This document shows positions 12,760 through 27,977 of a stretch of 64,000 nucleotides of DNA, one piece after another. Source of the stretch: the human T2T-CHM13v2.0 reference genome, Homo sapiens; assembly GCF_009914755.1 (NCBI RefSeq), contig NC_060937.1; one strand, written 5' to 3'. Position numbers and translations under genes: made by a program. A model generated the notes under the pieces. It saw only the letters and a program-made list of their open reading frames with translations, did not search any database and was not told where the DNA came from. Each line of letters starts with the position of its first letter. The first letter of the stretch is position 1.

Positions 12760-14218
12760 GAATAGGTTCTTAAGAAAACTTTCATTTCTTTCCAAGGGGC
12801 TACTTAAAAATACGGCAGCCAATCGTGTTTCTGGGCAATGGTTTAGATACTGCTCTAAATATTGGCAGGCTTTAGAATTAATGACTTCTTGGGAGATTGC
12901 AGAAATATCTACCCTAAAGAAGCAAAGGATGTTAGAAAAAGCTCCCCCCGATGTTGCACAAGCAATGCCACTTTTCTAAAAGTGTTCGGAAGAGTGCCAC
13001 ATGTGAGATCCACCGGAGAAATTCAATTAAGTGCTGCATATGAATTAGTTTCTGGTGACTCAGTTATGCCTATGGGTTTCTAGGCTGCTCGTTGAAGAAA
13101 GCAGCATGAGAGAACTCAGGAAACAGGGATAAAATAAATTCTTTCCTTTTTATCATAACTCAGTACATGAACCAGACAACACCCACATGTTAGGACAGCT
13201 TTTGTGGAGTCTGTCAGTCGTTTTCCTGACATTTTCACTGCTCCAGAGAAAACAGAAAGTTAGGTTATTTCACTTAAAGATTAAATAGGATAAAACATTT
13301 AGAAAACCTGGAGACAAAAATCTCACAGGTTCAATATGACTAAAAGGTAAATTTCTAGAAACTACACTTGCTAGGAGCTTCAGTAGATTCTAAGCTTCCC
13401 CATGGCCACTCCTCTTTCAGTCATTCTCTACTCTGCTGAGAAAGCAACTGTGTTTTTAGCTGAATCCCAACTGCCCTAAATGTTAGCTTGGAATCCAACT
13501 GGAAAGACGAAATAGTTCTGCGTTGCTTATATTTTTGGCAAAATGAGACTCTGTCTTCATAGATAAATCCAGCTACCTACAGTTGTCAGTCACGTAAGTG
13601 ATATACTTGCTAACGATGCTACATGTTAGTAAATTGCTTGGGGAAATTACAGGTGATCTAAGTGCCACAGGTGACCTGTTTGAGTGGGCAGGGAGGTGAG
13701 GTTAGAACACCTGAAAATGTCTGAATCAAGTAGAAATGGACACTCTTGGTGAACATCTCAGTGTTAGGCTGGACTTGCATATTTAAGCAGCTCCAGTGGG
13801 TCTTTAAGTACAAGGTGGAACCCCTTAAAGCCGTTCACAACCAGCCAACATATCTGCCATCATATAAGTGACCTGCTGTCCTGTTCTCTGGATTTCTGGC
13901 TGCGTGATCTGGTTGCTCACAATTCCCAAGGGAGGCTGCACTTGCTGCTCAGCCCTCTCCTGTCATCTGCCTTAGAGGAAGTTGCTTTCAAGGAAGAGAC
14001 TGGGTGGGAAAGACTGATGAAGAAACGGGAATTTGGGAAATTCTATGGCCATTCGTATCATTTCAAAAACAAAACTTCCAGTTTCCTATTCTGTGAAAAA
14101 CCAAAGGCAAACAATTATCTAGGAACTGATCTTGGGAGCATAATTTAATCACCTATGTCATGTAGCTAGATTGTTTTCTTAAGGACAGAGTTATACCAAT
14201 AAAAATAGAAGCTTTCAA

Positions 14219-14327
14219 GCCAGACACTGTGGCATGCGCCTATAGTCTCAGCTACTCAGGAGACTGAGGTGGGAGGATCTCTTGTGCCCAGGAATTCAAG
14301 CTTGGACAGCATAGTAAGATCTTGTCT

Positions 14328-14358
<31 letters not shown>
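14219..14358 (+). mobile_element. Alu monomer (FLAM-like)
   Basis: Single arm plus long polyA; flanks agaagctttca/agaaggcttca. Confidence 0.8.
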
Positions 14359-14360
<2 letters not shown>

Positions 14361-16779
14361 AGGCTTCAGTGGAAAGCATGTTCACACATACATATGCAAT
14401 GAAAATTTACGAATGAAAAAGTTCTCCTGGATTCCAACAATTTCTAAACAATTTCTTATTTTTATATTCTTTCACATTCATCCAAAGTAAGGCAGACATT
14501 TTTTAAGAGTGAGTTAATTATCAAGGATAATTCTATGTGTCCTACTCTGAAAACTTCAGATTTCCTTTTCCCCACTTTTGCCAAAAAGTCTAGTATTTAT
14601 TATCCTGTTTCTCATGTTCTCTAATTACTTGACTTTCCTTTTAATGAGAAGTATCCTTCCCACCAACTGTCTAATAAAATCCTTGGTTGTATTGTTTAAT
14701 TTTAAAGCACCCTCTTCATGAACAATTTATCTATTTTCCCTCCTATTCCAAATGACAGACATTAAATTACATCTCTGGGTACATGTGATTAATCTTCAAT
14801 TCCAAAGTGAAGAAAAGAAGAAAAGGTTAGAAACATCTAAACCCTCTTTTCTTTTTTATTAGGAGAAAGCAGACTTTGGGTTGAAAACTTGATTTATTTC
14901 CCTTAAACCTATTTGAAGATCACCTTTACAACAAGGGGTCAAATGTGGCTTGAAATGAATTCCCCATGCAGTACTTATGTAAGTCCCTGGGTTATAGCAT
15001 TTCAAGGCTAATAAATATTGTAGTTATACGAAGGCAGCCATCTAATATGACAGCATATAGGCTTTTGGAGGGATTGTGGTCTTTCAATGAAAAGGATCTG
15101 GTTAGAAGGGAGACATCACAGTTGACTTGTGGCCAAGACGCCTGAAATCAGATGATACTCTATTTGCATTTGGCCCTCAGCCATCAAACAAATCAGTCAT
15201 TACTGCAATCCACAAGGCAGTTATCGTTGGCTAAGTAATTCACAAAATTATTTCAGTAGATAACTTGCTGTTGGTGGCTAGACTTATCATCTTCAAATAT
15301 TTACCCCATTAATTGCAATGGTATGTAAACTGCAAGGTAAACTTGTATTTCTATGACAAACTTGGCCCTTTTATTTCCAAAACAAAGAGTAAAGTGTCAA
15401 GCCCTGTTTAAAGACACTCAATCTCACATGGCAGAATTTTTTTCCTTTCCAAAAATATTAGCAGAGATGTATTTATATAATTTTAAAAATATATGCTTTT
15501 GTGTTTAGAAAACAGATAATCTTGTTCTCTTCTTTCTCTCTGGAATATTCTGTACCTGATAAAAATTACAGAAACCTAAAACATCGTTTAGCTAAGAGAG
15601 AAGCTATTGAACACTATGGTCTCTTAGCAACAGCAGGATTCTCCTGAGGTCTGCTGGGCCTCACTGAGAAAATCATGTTCATACACAGAAAATATCAACC
15701 CTTCATGCATAATTTCCCTCTTTTTCTTTAAAAATAATCTATCAGAAAGGGTTTGTAATGGATTTATTATTTTTGTAAATACGTTATATGCCATTATAAA
15801 AATTCAAAATGTGCAAAAATATTAAAAGAAGGAAGCAATAAATCACCCTAAATTAGGAGTTAGGGGCTCTCCCTGCTGTGTCACACAGCAGTCTTCTGTG
15901 TCTTTCCTGGACAACCACTTTTTAAAGTGTAGGACCCAGACTTGTTTCTCTGTCTTTGTTTGGAGTCAGCTAATGATTTCTTAATTGTTTTTTCATTTTT
16001 GTTTTAATTCTTTAAATGACTATTTGTTAACTTTGTTAGAAATGTAGAAGACATTCTGTAATTCTGATTCATTCCATCATCGTTTTCTTTCCCCCCTTAA
16101 GATTTGGTGATACATCTTATTTTTAAAGAATGAACTTAGCTTTTGGGTCTCTGAGTCACCGCCCAATCCTCATTTATGACATTTATTTTGACAAACCTCT
16201 CCTATTACCTTGATTACTGCTTTCTCCCAAATATTTTCCTTCCAATTTATTTATGAAGGGAAATGAAGAGAAAATGCACTAACAGACTATCATAGCCATG
16301 TAATTAACAGTGACATATTTACTTGAAATGTATTGTAAAAGAACATTTAGTGATGTGGAATGTTTATGAGTGAAAAAATGTAGATTATAAAACAGTATAG
16401 TGTGCACATTGTATGCAAAGAAACATTTTTAAAGGATATCTGAACAGATTTTAACAGTGTTTGTTTCCCTTAGATCAAGGCATTGCTTTTACTTTTTTTG
16501 CATTTCCAATTTTCTATAATATATGTGTTGTTTTTTAAATGTAAAAATGTTCTTGCATTTTAAAACATTTGAATATCTTAGAATTAATTTAAATAATATA
16601 TAAGAGGATAAAGTAAAAACTCTCTCTCCCCCACTTCCTCTCACTCTTAGTTCAATACGCTATAGATAACAATTTCTTGGCTGGTCTGTCCTAAAAGGTC
16701 AGAGAATATATAAGCATTATAAAAATATGCATACCAGTATGTATATGTGTGTATGTGTTTTCCGGTATAAAAATGGGAT

Positions 16780-17530
16780 ACAAAACATAATACTGATAAC
16801 TTTGATTTTATTTTTGCACTTAACAATCTATATTTGACAATTTACAATATTGGCCTATTTAGGTTGGCCTAATTCTTATTAATGACAGCATAGTATTCCA
16901 TTAAATGGATATATAGTAATTTACTTAGCCAGATCTCTACTGATAGTTTTTACTTTTTTCCCTCTAGATTTTTGTGATTACAAATAAACTGCAGTAAACC
17001 TTATAAAATACTTTGGTATATTTGTGCACAAAATTTCTAGAGACAGAGTTGCTGGATCAATGAGGGCAGACTGACGTGTCTTTAAAATTTTGACAGATGG
17101 ATGCTGTCTGGCACTATTCTTTCTCATCAACTTGGTATGAGACTGAGCTTCTCCACGCTTTGACAACACTTTCCTTACCTGTTTGAGAAAAAAATGGGAT
17201 TTCCCTGTTGTATTAGTTTACTTTTCTTTACTACTTAGTAAATTGAAAACTTTTTCTATATATTTAATAAGCCATTTGGACTTTCTCTCTTGTAAATTGC
17301 CTGTTAATATCCCTCTGCTTTTTTTTCTGTTTTTTTTTTTCACCTTTATTGATTAGCAAATATTCCAATCAATATATTATGAAATGTAGTCTTTTGTAGG
17401 ACACATTTTGTACAAACAGCACTTTCCCTTTGTCTCCTAATTTTAATTTTTATAGTGTTTTGTCATATAGAATTGTTTTATATTCTGATTGGCCAATCTG
17501 TTCTTTTATATGCTCTGGGTATTAATTACT
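16780..17530 (-). mobile_element. Old L1 (L1ME-like) fragments
   Basis: cagcatagtattccatt..., agccatttggactttctctcttgtaaattgcctgtt: antisense L1 3' signatures. Confidence 0.6.
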
Positions 17531-17933
17531 GTAAGGAGACTATCCAATATGATATTTAAACAAAAGGTCACAAAGTATTTTCAATGAATGTTCTCATTAG
17601 GTAGGTGGCATTATGGGTCCTGAAAATGACCAATAAGGCAGATGACTTAGGTAGACTGTATAGTGAAGTCTAGTCTCAAGGAATGGCATAAATGTTGAAT
17701 TTTATAATTTTTTTAAAAAAAACAGTTGACAGAGAGCCAAGCTGGATTATCTATAATTTTTAAAACACTTTCAACCTTTCAAGTTACTATTTCCTTGTAA
17801 GAGTTATAACAAGTCATAGATGTTTTATCCCCAATTATAACATTACTTTTGTAAAACAAAATGACTATACTGTAAGTCTAGGTTTATAAATATAGGATGT
17901 TTCTTTTTCTCTTTGGATAAAAATGAATTATAG

Positions 17934-18108
17934 GACTGCTAATGGATATGGAGTTTATTTCTGGGGTGATGAAAATGTTCTAAAATTGATTGTGGTGACG
18001 ACTGCACAATTCTGCGAATGTACTAAAAACCATCGAATCGTACACTTTAAGTGGGTGAATTGTATGGTATGTGAATCATATCTCAATAGAGCTGCTATAA
18101 AAAATAAA
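17934..18108 (+). mobile_element. L1MB-type 3' end
   Basis: ggggtgatgaaaatgttctaaaattgattgtggtg...gtatgtgaatcatatctcaat. Confidence 0.85.
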
Positions 18109-19861
18109 TTGTGGTGTGTTTTGAGTAGAGTGATGTGCAAAGTAAAGTGCTGTGCTTTGTCACCACACTGTCATAGCATCGTCTGCACCGGCTAGGAAAC
18201 GGCTTCATTAGGGAACTCTAGAAACATTTGGTTTTCAGTGGATTCATCGTCTGAGGCCCCCTTCCCTCTTTGTTTATTCTCAGCTGTCCTCTTTCCCTTC
18301 TCAAATTCTTTCACTCTCTCCTTTAGGGTAGAGATCAGGGCAGATGGAGGGGGGTTTTCCCCTTCCCTTCTATGTTTTTGTCATTCTTCTGATTCCTGGG
18401 ATTATATAATCTTACCGCAATGCAGATGCTATATAACATAACATGCTACAGTGTGGATTTTAGCATATGGTAAATAGTCTTGAATGATTCAAGGCATTTA
18501 TCTTGGTGGGTACCAGCTGAGTCATATCATAGGGCAGTTTTATGCTCTTGTGTGTCCTCACCTTGCTGAGGGGAATGTGACACACCGTGTTATGCAATCA
18601 CTATTTCTTAGAGAGTCTGTTTCACCCTCTCTCCTTGAACACCTGCACTGATTATTCCTTGGTAGACTTTGCTTGCTTCATACATTTTAATCATTTAAGA
18701 GCTTTCACTAAAATATAACACAAAGAATAAAAGTATAGGCATTATTGCATTATTCCCAACAGCTTTTGATGACTGTTACCTTAATCACTACATTATTAAC
18801 CCCCACTGTATGAGTCAAAGTCAAGGTAAGTCGCCTTTCTCTTTCCACAAATCCGAAATGAGTCACTGATGAGCAAAAGTCTGTAATTTAATTTAGTGGA
18901 ATCATCTTTAACACACATAACTCAGGAAACACTGTCAATGTTTTCTATCCAATTTACTAATACATTTGTGAGGTGTTTCTCTACTTTAGACTTAGGAAAA
19001 TGCGAATTAGATGTTAGTTTCCAGTAGAAAGTGATCAGATAATTAAACAAAATATATTGAGTATTTTAGAGGATCTCAGAAATGGTCCAGTATATAGTTT
19101 AATCCCTCAAGAAGTTCACAGTCAGCAAAGGATTTTAGTCCACGCCTTGCACTCTCCCATGATAAAGGGACAGTCACCTAACACAGGCTGTTTCCCCTTC
19201 AACCAGGTCTCACTTCCCTGTTCCCTATATGTAACATTGTCTGGTAGCCCCTCCTGTTAAACACCTCTGGATCTTTACCTGTTCACTTGTATATTTCAGC
19301 ATAAGGTAAATAGCCTTGGATGATTCTGGAAAACTTTTCTTGGCTGCAAGCATAAATGGAAAGCCCTTGGTATCCCAGAGGAAGAAAGAGGCATCGCTGA
19401 AATATACCAAAAGATGGGCTCTGCTCTCCACATGACAGCACACAAACACAAATCGATTTGTTTTCAGCAGTGTTTTTTACACTTTGGCACCTTGCTTTCA
19501 GATAGTCAGTGGTGCCTGGACACATAGGCGGAGCCCTGTAGTAATTGTTCAATGAACGGTGAATGAAGAAATGAGACAAAACCAAAGACATCTACCCTAT
19601 CTGAGTAGTTTCCTTTAAGGTTCTGAAGTACTGGGTTCGGGGCAAGGAGTCCAGCAGAGGTGAAGGGGCAAGCAGCTTTCCCAGAAAGATTTGAAATATT
19701 CCTGCTGTTGGCTCACAACACCATTCTAAGTTTATTCATTAACTTATCCCCTTGGCAAATATTTTTTGAACATCCACTGTGTGACATACAAAAAAGAATA
19801 AAACGCCGTTTCTATCCTTAAAGAAGAAAGGCAAGCCATATTAACAACTTTGACAAAGTCA

Positions 19862-20840
19862 TCAATAGCTACCATTTATTGAGCACTTCCTGTGTGCCAG
19901 TCACTTACTACTGGTTGAGCATCCCTGACCTGAAAATCCAAAATCTGAAATGCTTCAAAATCCAAAACTTTTTGAGTGCTGACATGATGCCACAAGTGAA
20001 AGATTCTGCACCTGACCTCCTGTGACAGGTCACAGTCAAAATGCAGGTACATTGCACAGGTTATTCAGCGTCTCCAAGAGAGTCACTGCACAGTGTCCTA
20101 CCTTTTAATCAAAACACAGCATGGTAAGTGGAGACTAAAGCCTGCACTGTCTGTTGTTGCTGCTGTTTAACAGCTGATCCAGGTATTCTGTGATGCTGCT
20201 GTGCTGCTTAGTTAATCTGCACACATTATTTTTTTCCTGTATTAATGGTGTATCATATTTTTTACTGTTAAGTACTTATGTGTGAATAAGTGCAGGAAAA
20301 TGATTGCTTATTGGTAGCCTATAAATTCAGAGTCAGTAATGATGGTGATGCCAAATCACCACAGATCATCCACTGGGGTGGCTGAGATAGTGACACCTTT
20401 GCTTTCTGATGGTACAACATACATGAACTTTGTATCATGCATACAATTACTATAAAAATAATATAAAATCACCTTCAAGCTTATATGTATAAAGCGTACA
20501 TGAAACATAAATGAATTTAATATTTAGACTTGGGTCCCATCGCTAAGATATCTCATGTATATGCAAATATTCCAAAATCAAACAAACAAACAAACAAAAA
20601 ACAACCAAACCCTGGTATCTGAAATACTTCTGGCCCCAAGCATTTTGGACAGGGATACTCAACGTGTACTTCCCCAACATGCATGACCTTACTATTTAAT
20701 GCTAAGAGCTAAGCGCAAATGCAGCCCCATTTTAAAGATGAACTTAAGGCTTAGCACGGCAAGGAATTTATCCAGGGGCACACAGCTACACGGCATCTGC
20801 GCCAGAACTTGAACTTGGTGCAGTCTGACGCCAGAGCCCA
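19862..20840 (-). mobile_element. MIR split by Tigger insertion
   Basis: atagctaccatttattgagcac... before 19909; ccccattttaaagatga...cacacagcta after 20668. Confidence 0.7.
19911..20666. mobile_element. Tigger4/MER46-type TcMar element, internally deleted
   Basis: TIRs ctggttgagcatccct ... agggatactcaacgtg; TA on both sides (19909-19910, 20667-20668). Confidence 0.85.
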
Positions 20841-21399
20841 AGCGTGTATTCCCAGGGTGTAACTGGCACCCTACCTAGGAAGGGCTCTCGCAGTGGAGAG
20901 GAGGGAGATTACTCCAGCCTGGGAACAGGTGGGAGGAAAGCTAATATGCACTGGGCACCTCGCTCTGCTACACAATCTTATCTTTGAGCAGTGCCTAGAG
21001 GCAGGGGTGTAAGAGTGTCCTCAAGAAAAAGAGGAAGCAGCATGTGGAAAGACACAAGGCACAGAGGTGCCCAGGGAAGACAACGCCAGAAGGTGCTCAG
21101 CGGAGGGGTGGGAGTGAACAGCCCAGTGTGCCATGCTACACAGACACTTCAGCTCTTCCTTGTTGAGAGTCTTCTTCCCTCCTGAGCCCGCCATTAATGT
21201 GTAGGCACGAGGAGCAGAGAGGACCAAGAGAAGATGAACAAGAGCTCAGATTCTGGCAGCATTTCATCTCCAAACTCTCACTGACCATGACCTCTATTTT
21301 CAAATATTTGGCTGCTGTAATGATGATTAACAAAAGACTGACTCCAAACTGGGGCATGATTACAAAGATAATCATATTCAAGTAGACTTTGATGCACAC

Positions 21400-21707
21400 T
21401 TTCCTTTTTCTTTTTGAGACAGGGTCTAGCTCTGTTGCCCAGGCTGGAATGCAGTTGTGTGATCATGGCTCACTGCAACCTCAAACTCCTTGACTCAAGT
21501 AATCCTCTAGCCTCCCCAGTAGCTGTGACTATAGGTGTGCAGCACCACATCCAGCTAAGTTTCAAAATTTTTTTGTAGAGGTGGAATGTTGCCATGTTGT
21601 TCAGGCTAGTCTCGAACGATCTCAAGCGATTCTCCCACCTTGGCCTCTTAAAGTGCTGGGAGAGGCCAAAGTGCTGGGATTATAGGCATGAGCCGCCACA
21701 CCTGGTC
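21400..21707 (-). mobile_element. AluJ
   Basis: Diverged dimeric Alu with J-type positions. Confidence 0.9.
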
Positions 21708-22693
21708 ACTGAATATGTATTTTTCTAACAGGAAAGGTAAAAAAAAAAAAAAATTAGATGAAAATTCACTGGATGGATTTTAAAGTTTCCTTTGGTCATT
21801 CAGAATTATTCTTATTATACCTTTAGAAATATGAACAATTGAATACCAGTAGCTGGATGCTTCATGGTTCTTGGGGGCAGCATTTAGTTTTAGACTGGTC
21901 CCATTTAAATTACATGTAGGTATATTTTTCTACATTGTATCTATTTTAAAGTGCAATATGACATGATGCACACGCTAATCTTATTCCCACTTCTTGGACT
22001 GAGTAAATTGTCTTCTGTAAGTGATATCAGAAGTGGCTAATTATGTCTTTGCATTTATGGCATGTGGGTAGCTATCTCTATAAATTATTTTATGACAAGA
22101 TTTTAGAGAGGAACACAAATAAAGCACCTATTTTATAAAAAAACTAACCATTTTACAGTCATCTTCTTTATAACTCAGTGTTCATATACTATAGCAAAAA
22201 AAAACAAAACAAAACAGTAATTGCCTATACTCTATACAGTTGAGAGTAAACGCTCTTTTAGTATAATGAATATATTTTTCAGTGAAAGTAAAATGAATAA
22301 ATTTTTAATAGAAAAAACTATTACATCTACTACCAACAATATCAAATTTTTAAAAAATTCTACAAACGCCAGATTGATTTTTTTATGATTTTTTTTTTGT
22401 AGTTCACATAAACCTAAAACTCTCTCTAACAAAAATTGCTATTTTTCTCCTCCAAACATTCTTAGAATAATACAAGTAAGGCGCTTTGTTTTGACATCAT
22501 TATTCAGGAAAACTTCAAGGATGAGATGTTAAACGTATATATGCCCCAAAAGGAAAGTAATATTTTGAATATTTATTTTCAAACAAGGAAGAAAATTGGT
22601 AAGATTTGCTGTTAGAACACACAATTTTCAGAGAGACTTTGCTTAGACAGTATATAGAACAACAAAGAAAAGTAAAAGTAAGTGAGGTCTCTA

Positions 22694-23011
<318 letters not shown>

Positions 23012-23169
23012 TTAAAATATGCTGTTAGAACTTGATATATAGAAAAAAAAAAAGTAAAGATTTTTTTTTCTTTGAAAGAAAACAGCAAAGTTCGTCTTAT
23101 TGAGGCATCCAGTAAAGCTCCACAGAGAAATCATTCCCTCGTGTCTCTTCTGCACTCGGCCTTGGCAGG

Positions 23170-23900
23170 ATAAGATGAAGAGGACGCAGTCCCTACCTCA
23201 GGTAAACCTTTAGAGGGGAGGGAGAGACAACTCCACCCTCAGATCATTCCAACATAAGGTGCTAAGTATGCTGGGGTAGAAGACAGAGGTGTGTGGAGGG
23301 GGCTCTAGATGCTCAGAAAACGGACATTTAACCCATCTTGAGGGTTGTGAGTGTGGAGGCTCATAGCACAGGGAACACTTGCGGTGCACCTTAGAGAATG
23401 TGCAGAGATAAACTAGGTGAAGAGAAGAGCAGGTGCCCCAGGCTACAGGACAGCATGGTCCAGGGCAGGAGAGGTCTAAGGCAGAACAGAGAGTGTGGGA
23501 AGGAGAACTGCCAGCCATTCTTCATTATCGGGCCATTGAATTAGAACAGAAGATGAATCAAGAGGATTCTGGAGTGGCAGATAAGGACCAGATGATGTAG
23601 GGTATTTGGGACCATTTAAAGAGGATGGGAGAAGGGTGGTAAGGAGGCTCCTTACTCAACAAAATATTTTAAAAGAATAAGTAAGACTTGATCTAAAACG
23701 ATTTGCCTTTTAGAGAGAACACTGGGAGGCAATGTGGAGGATGGAGCTGAGGAGTGCAAGGTTGCAGGCAAGGAAACCAGACAGGGGCCTGTGCTGTGCT
23801 AGGGAAGTGAGGAGTGCCTGGACCTAGCCATGATAGCAAGAATGGAAGGCGGGAACCAGGTGTGAGGTAAGACTGGCTGGATCAGAGAGATCTGACTTTT
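23170..23900 (-). mobile_element. L2 fragment
   Basis: Degenerate purine-rich antisense L2 body. Confidence 0.45.
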
Positions 23901-25178
23901 TAGGAGCTCCATAAATAGCCAAGGGGTGAAGAAACCAATATGTAGAAGGAATTCTTGGACAACGTTGCTTGGGCTATGGCAAGTGGAGTCATGATAAGCC
24001 ATATTCTTGGAGAACTTTTCCCATTAAAGGCTGTTTATCAAACCATAGGAAGAAAAATGAGAAACAGACATATTTCTAAAGTAGCACATCATTTGACTTT
24101 TATGATTAGTTGGGGGATTTTGTTGGTAGTGATGGTTGGGTAGAGGTCAAGTCTACCTTCTCATGTAAGCAAAGCATAAACATTTTAAATCATCCACTTA
24201 TAAAAACAAAAGCAACTGAAAACAACAGCAAACTTGATTCAGGTAATACAATGGAAGCAAACACACCTGATAAAGGAGAGTGTCACTGATAAAACTGTAC
24301 TTGATAGTCGTACTTAGAGGGTTGCTGTATCTTAAACATTTTAATTTTTCATCTTAAACTCTGCGTTTATAAAAATTAAATTTCACTTGGAATTAAGAGG
24401 CCATCTCCATCAGCAACAGGATAAATTATTAATATTGTAGGTCTTCAAACATATATGAAAACATTAAATTATCTGGATTTAAAATATATGATCTAAAATA
24501 GCAGAGGGCATATGTGGCTGATTAGGTTAATCCCTTTCTTTTGAGTTTGGTTTTCTTTGATTCCCTCCCATTACTGCTTCCAAGAGTCTACTTTAAACAC
24601 ACACTTAAAGCCTAAGAAAGTCTAAATAAGTCCCAATTACAGGTACAAGATTATTTCCTGGAACTAAAAAATGTCAATGAATGTCTTATCCTAGAAGAGT
24701 AAGCAGTAAGACTTCTCTTCAATTGCCAGCTAAACACTTAAGTGTCCTAGCCCAGTCTTCCCGGAAAAGCTACAGGAAAGAAACCAAACATACTTCTCAT
24801 TACCCCAAGTTCTTGGAAAGATATTTAATGAAGTCTTGCAAGTATGCATTTAAATGGAAATGTCTGAAAAACTTGCTTTTACTAATGAATGAGAGGAAAC
24901 ATCAGCAGTAAACATTTCTTATACTATAAAGATTTCATTTGTAAATAATGAGAATCAAAATTGGCTACGATCTCACCATTTAGGCATATTTGCAACAACA
25001 TTGAAGGAAAAAAATTCAGTACCACCTGGTTGATTTAAAGGAAATTGTGAATTATCACTTTAAAATTCACCCAGGCATGAATGAGTAAAAAGCATATGGC
25101 AGCTCTTGGTTGGTGTGACCATGGCTGCCATTTTATGTGTCACAGTCTGGTTACAACTTTAAGTTTGTGTGCTCTTGA

Positions 25179-25490
<312 letters not shown>

Positions 25491-25787
25491 CATGTGTTTT
25501 GATTCCTTAAGTGATAAGCAGAAAATGATGCTCTGCTTATAGGGGGACAGCATGCAATGACTGACACTGAGGGATACCTCTGGGTTCCAGTTTATGCCCT
25601 ATCTTTTCCCAAACAAGAACAATGATTTCAATTCCATATTATCAAAATGAAGATAAAAATGTGAGATGCTAGCGTCATTGGTCCCAATCATCTCCTTATT
25701 CTTAATGTTCCCAAGCCCCAGGATAATAATATGAGAGAGAGAGCAGCTTGCATGTTTTTCATTTTAAGTATGTGTCAACGAGAAATA

Positions 25788-25790
<3 letters not shown>

Positions 25791-25840
<50 letters not shown>
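25791..25840. repeat. (GT)16(GA)9 compound microsatellite
   Basis: Read directly. Confidence 0.95.
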
Positions 25841-26676
25841 AAGAAGACAATTAAGTGTACATAAAGTGTACATTGTACTATACAAGGGAGGCTATCAGCC
25901 ATGACACTGATTACAAGAACTAGAGAACTAACTAAGCAAGCAAGAAAAAAAGCCTTATAAAAATGTGATTTGGCCATGTGGAAAGAATACTAATCATGGT
26001 AATTTCTCAGGACTGCTTACCCTATCCATATGTCTAATTACAATGCAGCACAGTGATGAATATGTAAATCATTAAAAAAGTGTTAGATTAACTTGTGCAC
26101 ATTTTTACTACAACACTGTACAGTGTTAAATCTATCTTCATAATTTATCACTCATAAACTATGGTCATTGGCCCATAACTTACAACTTTGGAAGCTTATA
26201 AGAAATGACAAGGTGGGAAGGGAATTAAATGCATATTTAGAGTAATAATAATTTTGAAAAAATGGCACATATAAATGAAGACAAAAAGAACGCTATTGGT
26301 AAAAGATATGGCTTGCTATTCTATAATACACGCTGTTTCTAAATTAAATTTACTTTAGATGTATTCATGGGTTAAAAAATGAACATATATTTAACAATAT
26401 AAATTAAAGAAACCAAATCTATGTACAGCTTTCTCTAAAATCATACCTATCTTATTAAATATATTTACTAAGTATTTTCTTCATTAATTAGCACAGAAAC
26501 TGTAGAAGAATATGTTACAGGAATTAAGTCAAGTTAAAATAAATGAGAAAGAAGGAATTATTGAATATAGGTAATAGAAATACCTTGATAATTTGGGTAA
26601 TACAACATATGGCCAAAAAACAAATGTAATCAGGGAGAGAGTATAAAGCTGATTTCTTTAGCTTTAAGAGGTTTAG

Positions 26677-26994
<318 letters not shown>

Positions 26995-27068
26995 TAAATA
27001 AACATTTTATAAAAACTACTCACCAAGTGCTCTGTCTGAGCATTGCGCAAGCTTACACTACTTTACAG

Positions 27069-27273
27069 CAGTGTTTCTCAACCTTTGCACTATTGGGCTA
27101 GATAATTCTTTGTTTCGGGGAGCTGTGCATTGAAGGATGTTTTTCCCCGGCTTCCCTGGCCTCTATCCACCAGATGCCAGTAGCATCACCTCCCACCCTC
27201 GGCTGTGATAACCAAAAATGTCTCCACACACTGCCAAATGTACCTTGGGGGACAAAATCCCCTCTGTTGAGAA
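27069..27273 (-). mobile_element. MER20, near full length
   Basis: cagtgtttctcaac ... ccagatgccagtagc ... caaaaatgtctccacacactgccaaatgt ... gttgagaa. Confidence 0.85.
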
Positions 27274-27593
27274 GGGCCGGATTATAGAATGTGGAAATAA
27301 AAATTCCGTGCATGGAGTCATAACTGAAGGGCACTTGCAGAGGTCACTATTCTCAATAAGAACAGGGAACTTTATGATGAGAACTATTATGCCACAGGGA
27401 GAAATTAAACTCAGCGAAAGGAAAGACTCAACAAAGTATTTTTTTTTCTTAAGGCAGGTGTTGAGACAGTGAGAAAGAAACAAGAAATAAGGAAATGTTC
27501 TCTCTCACTTATAAAATTAAGAACAGAGGAAATAAAATTAATTCAGTAAACAGTAGATTACAAAAATATGCTTCAGTTCTATATTATGATTCA

Positions 27594-27977
<384 letters not shown>

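Noticed and set aside
17196-17205. kB site GGGATTTCCC
   Set aside because: Isolated motif in a decayed L1 with no supporting context
26112-26127. 16-bp palindrome AACACTGTACAGTGTT (similar TTTTAGTATACTAAAA at 34663-34678)
   Set aside because: One or two palindromes with 8-bp arms are expected by chance in 64 kb
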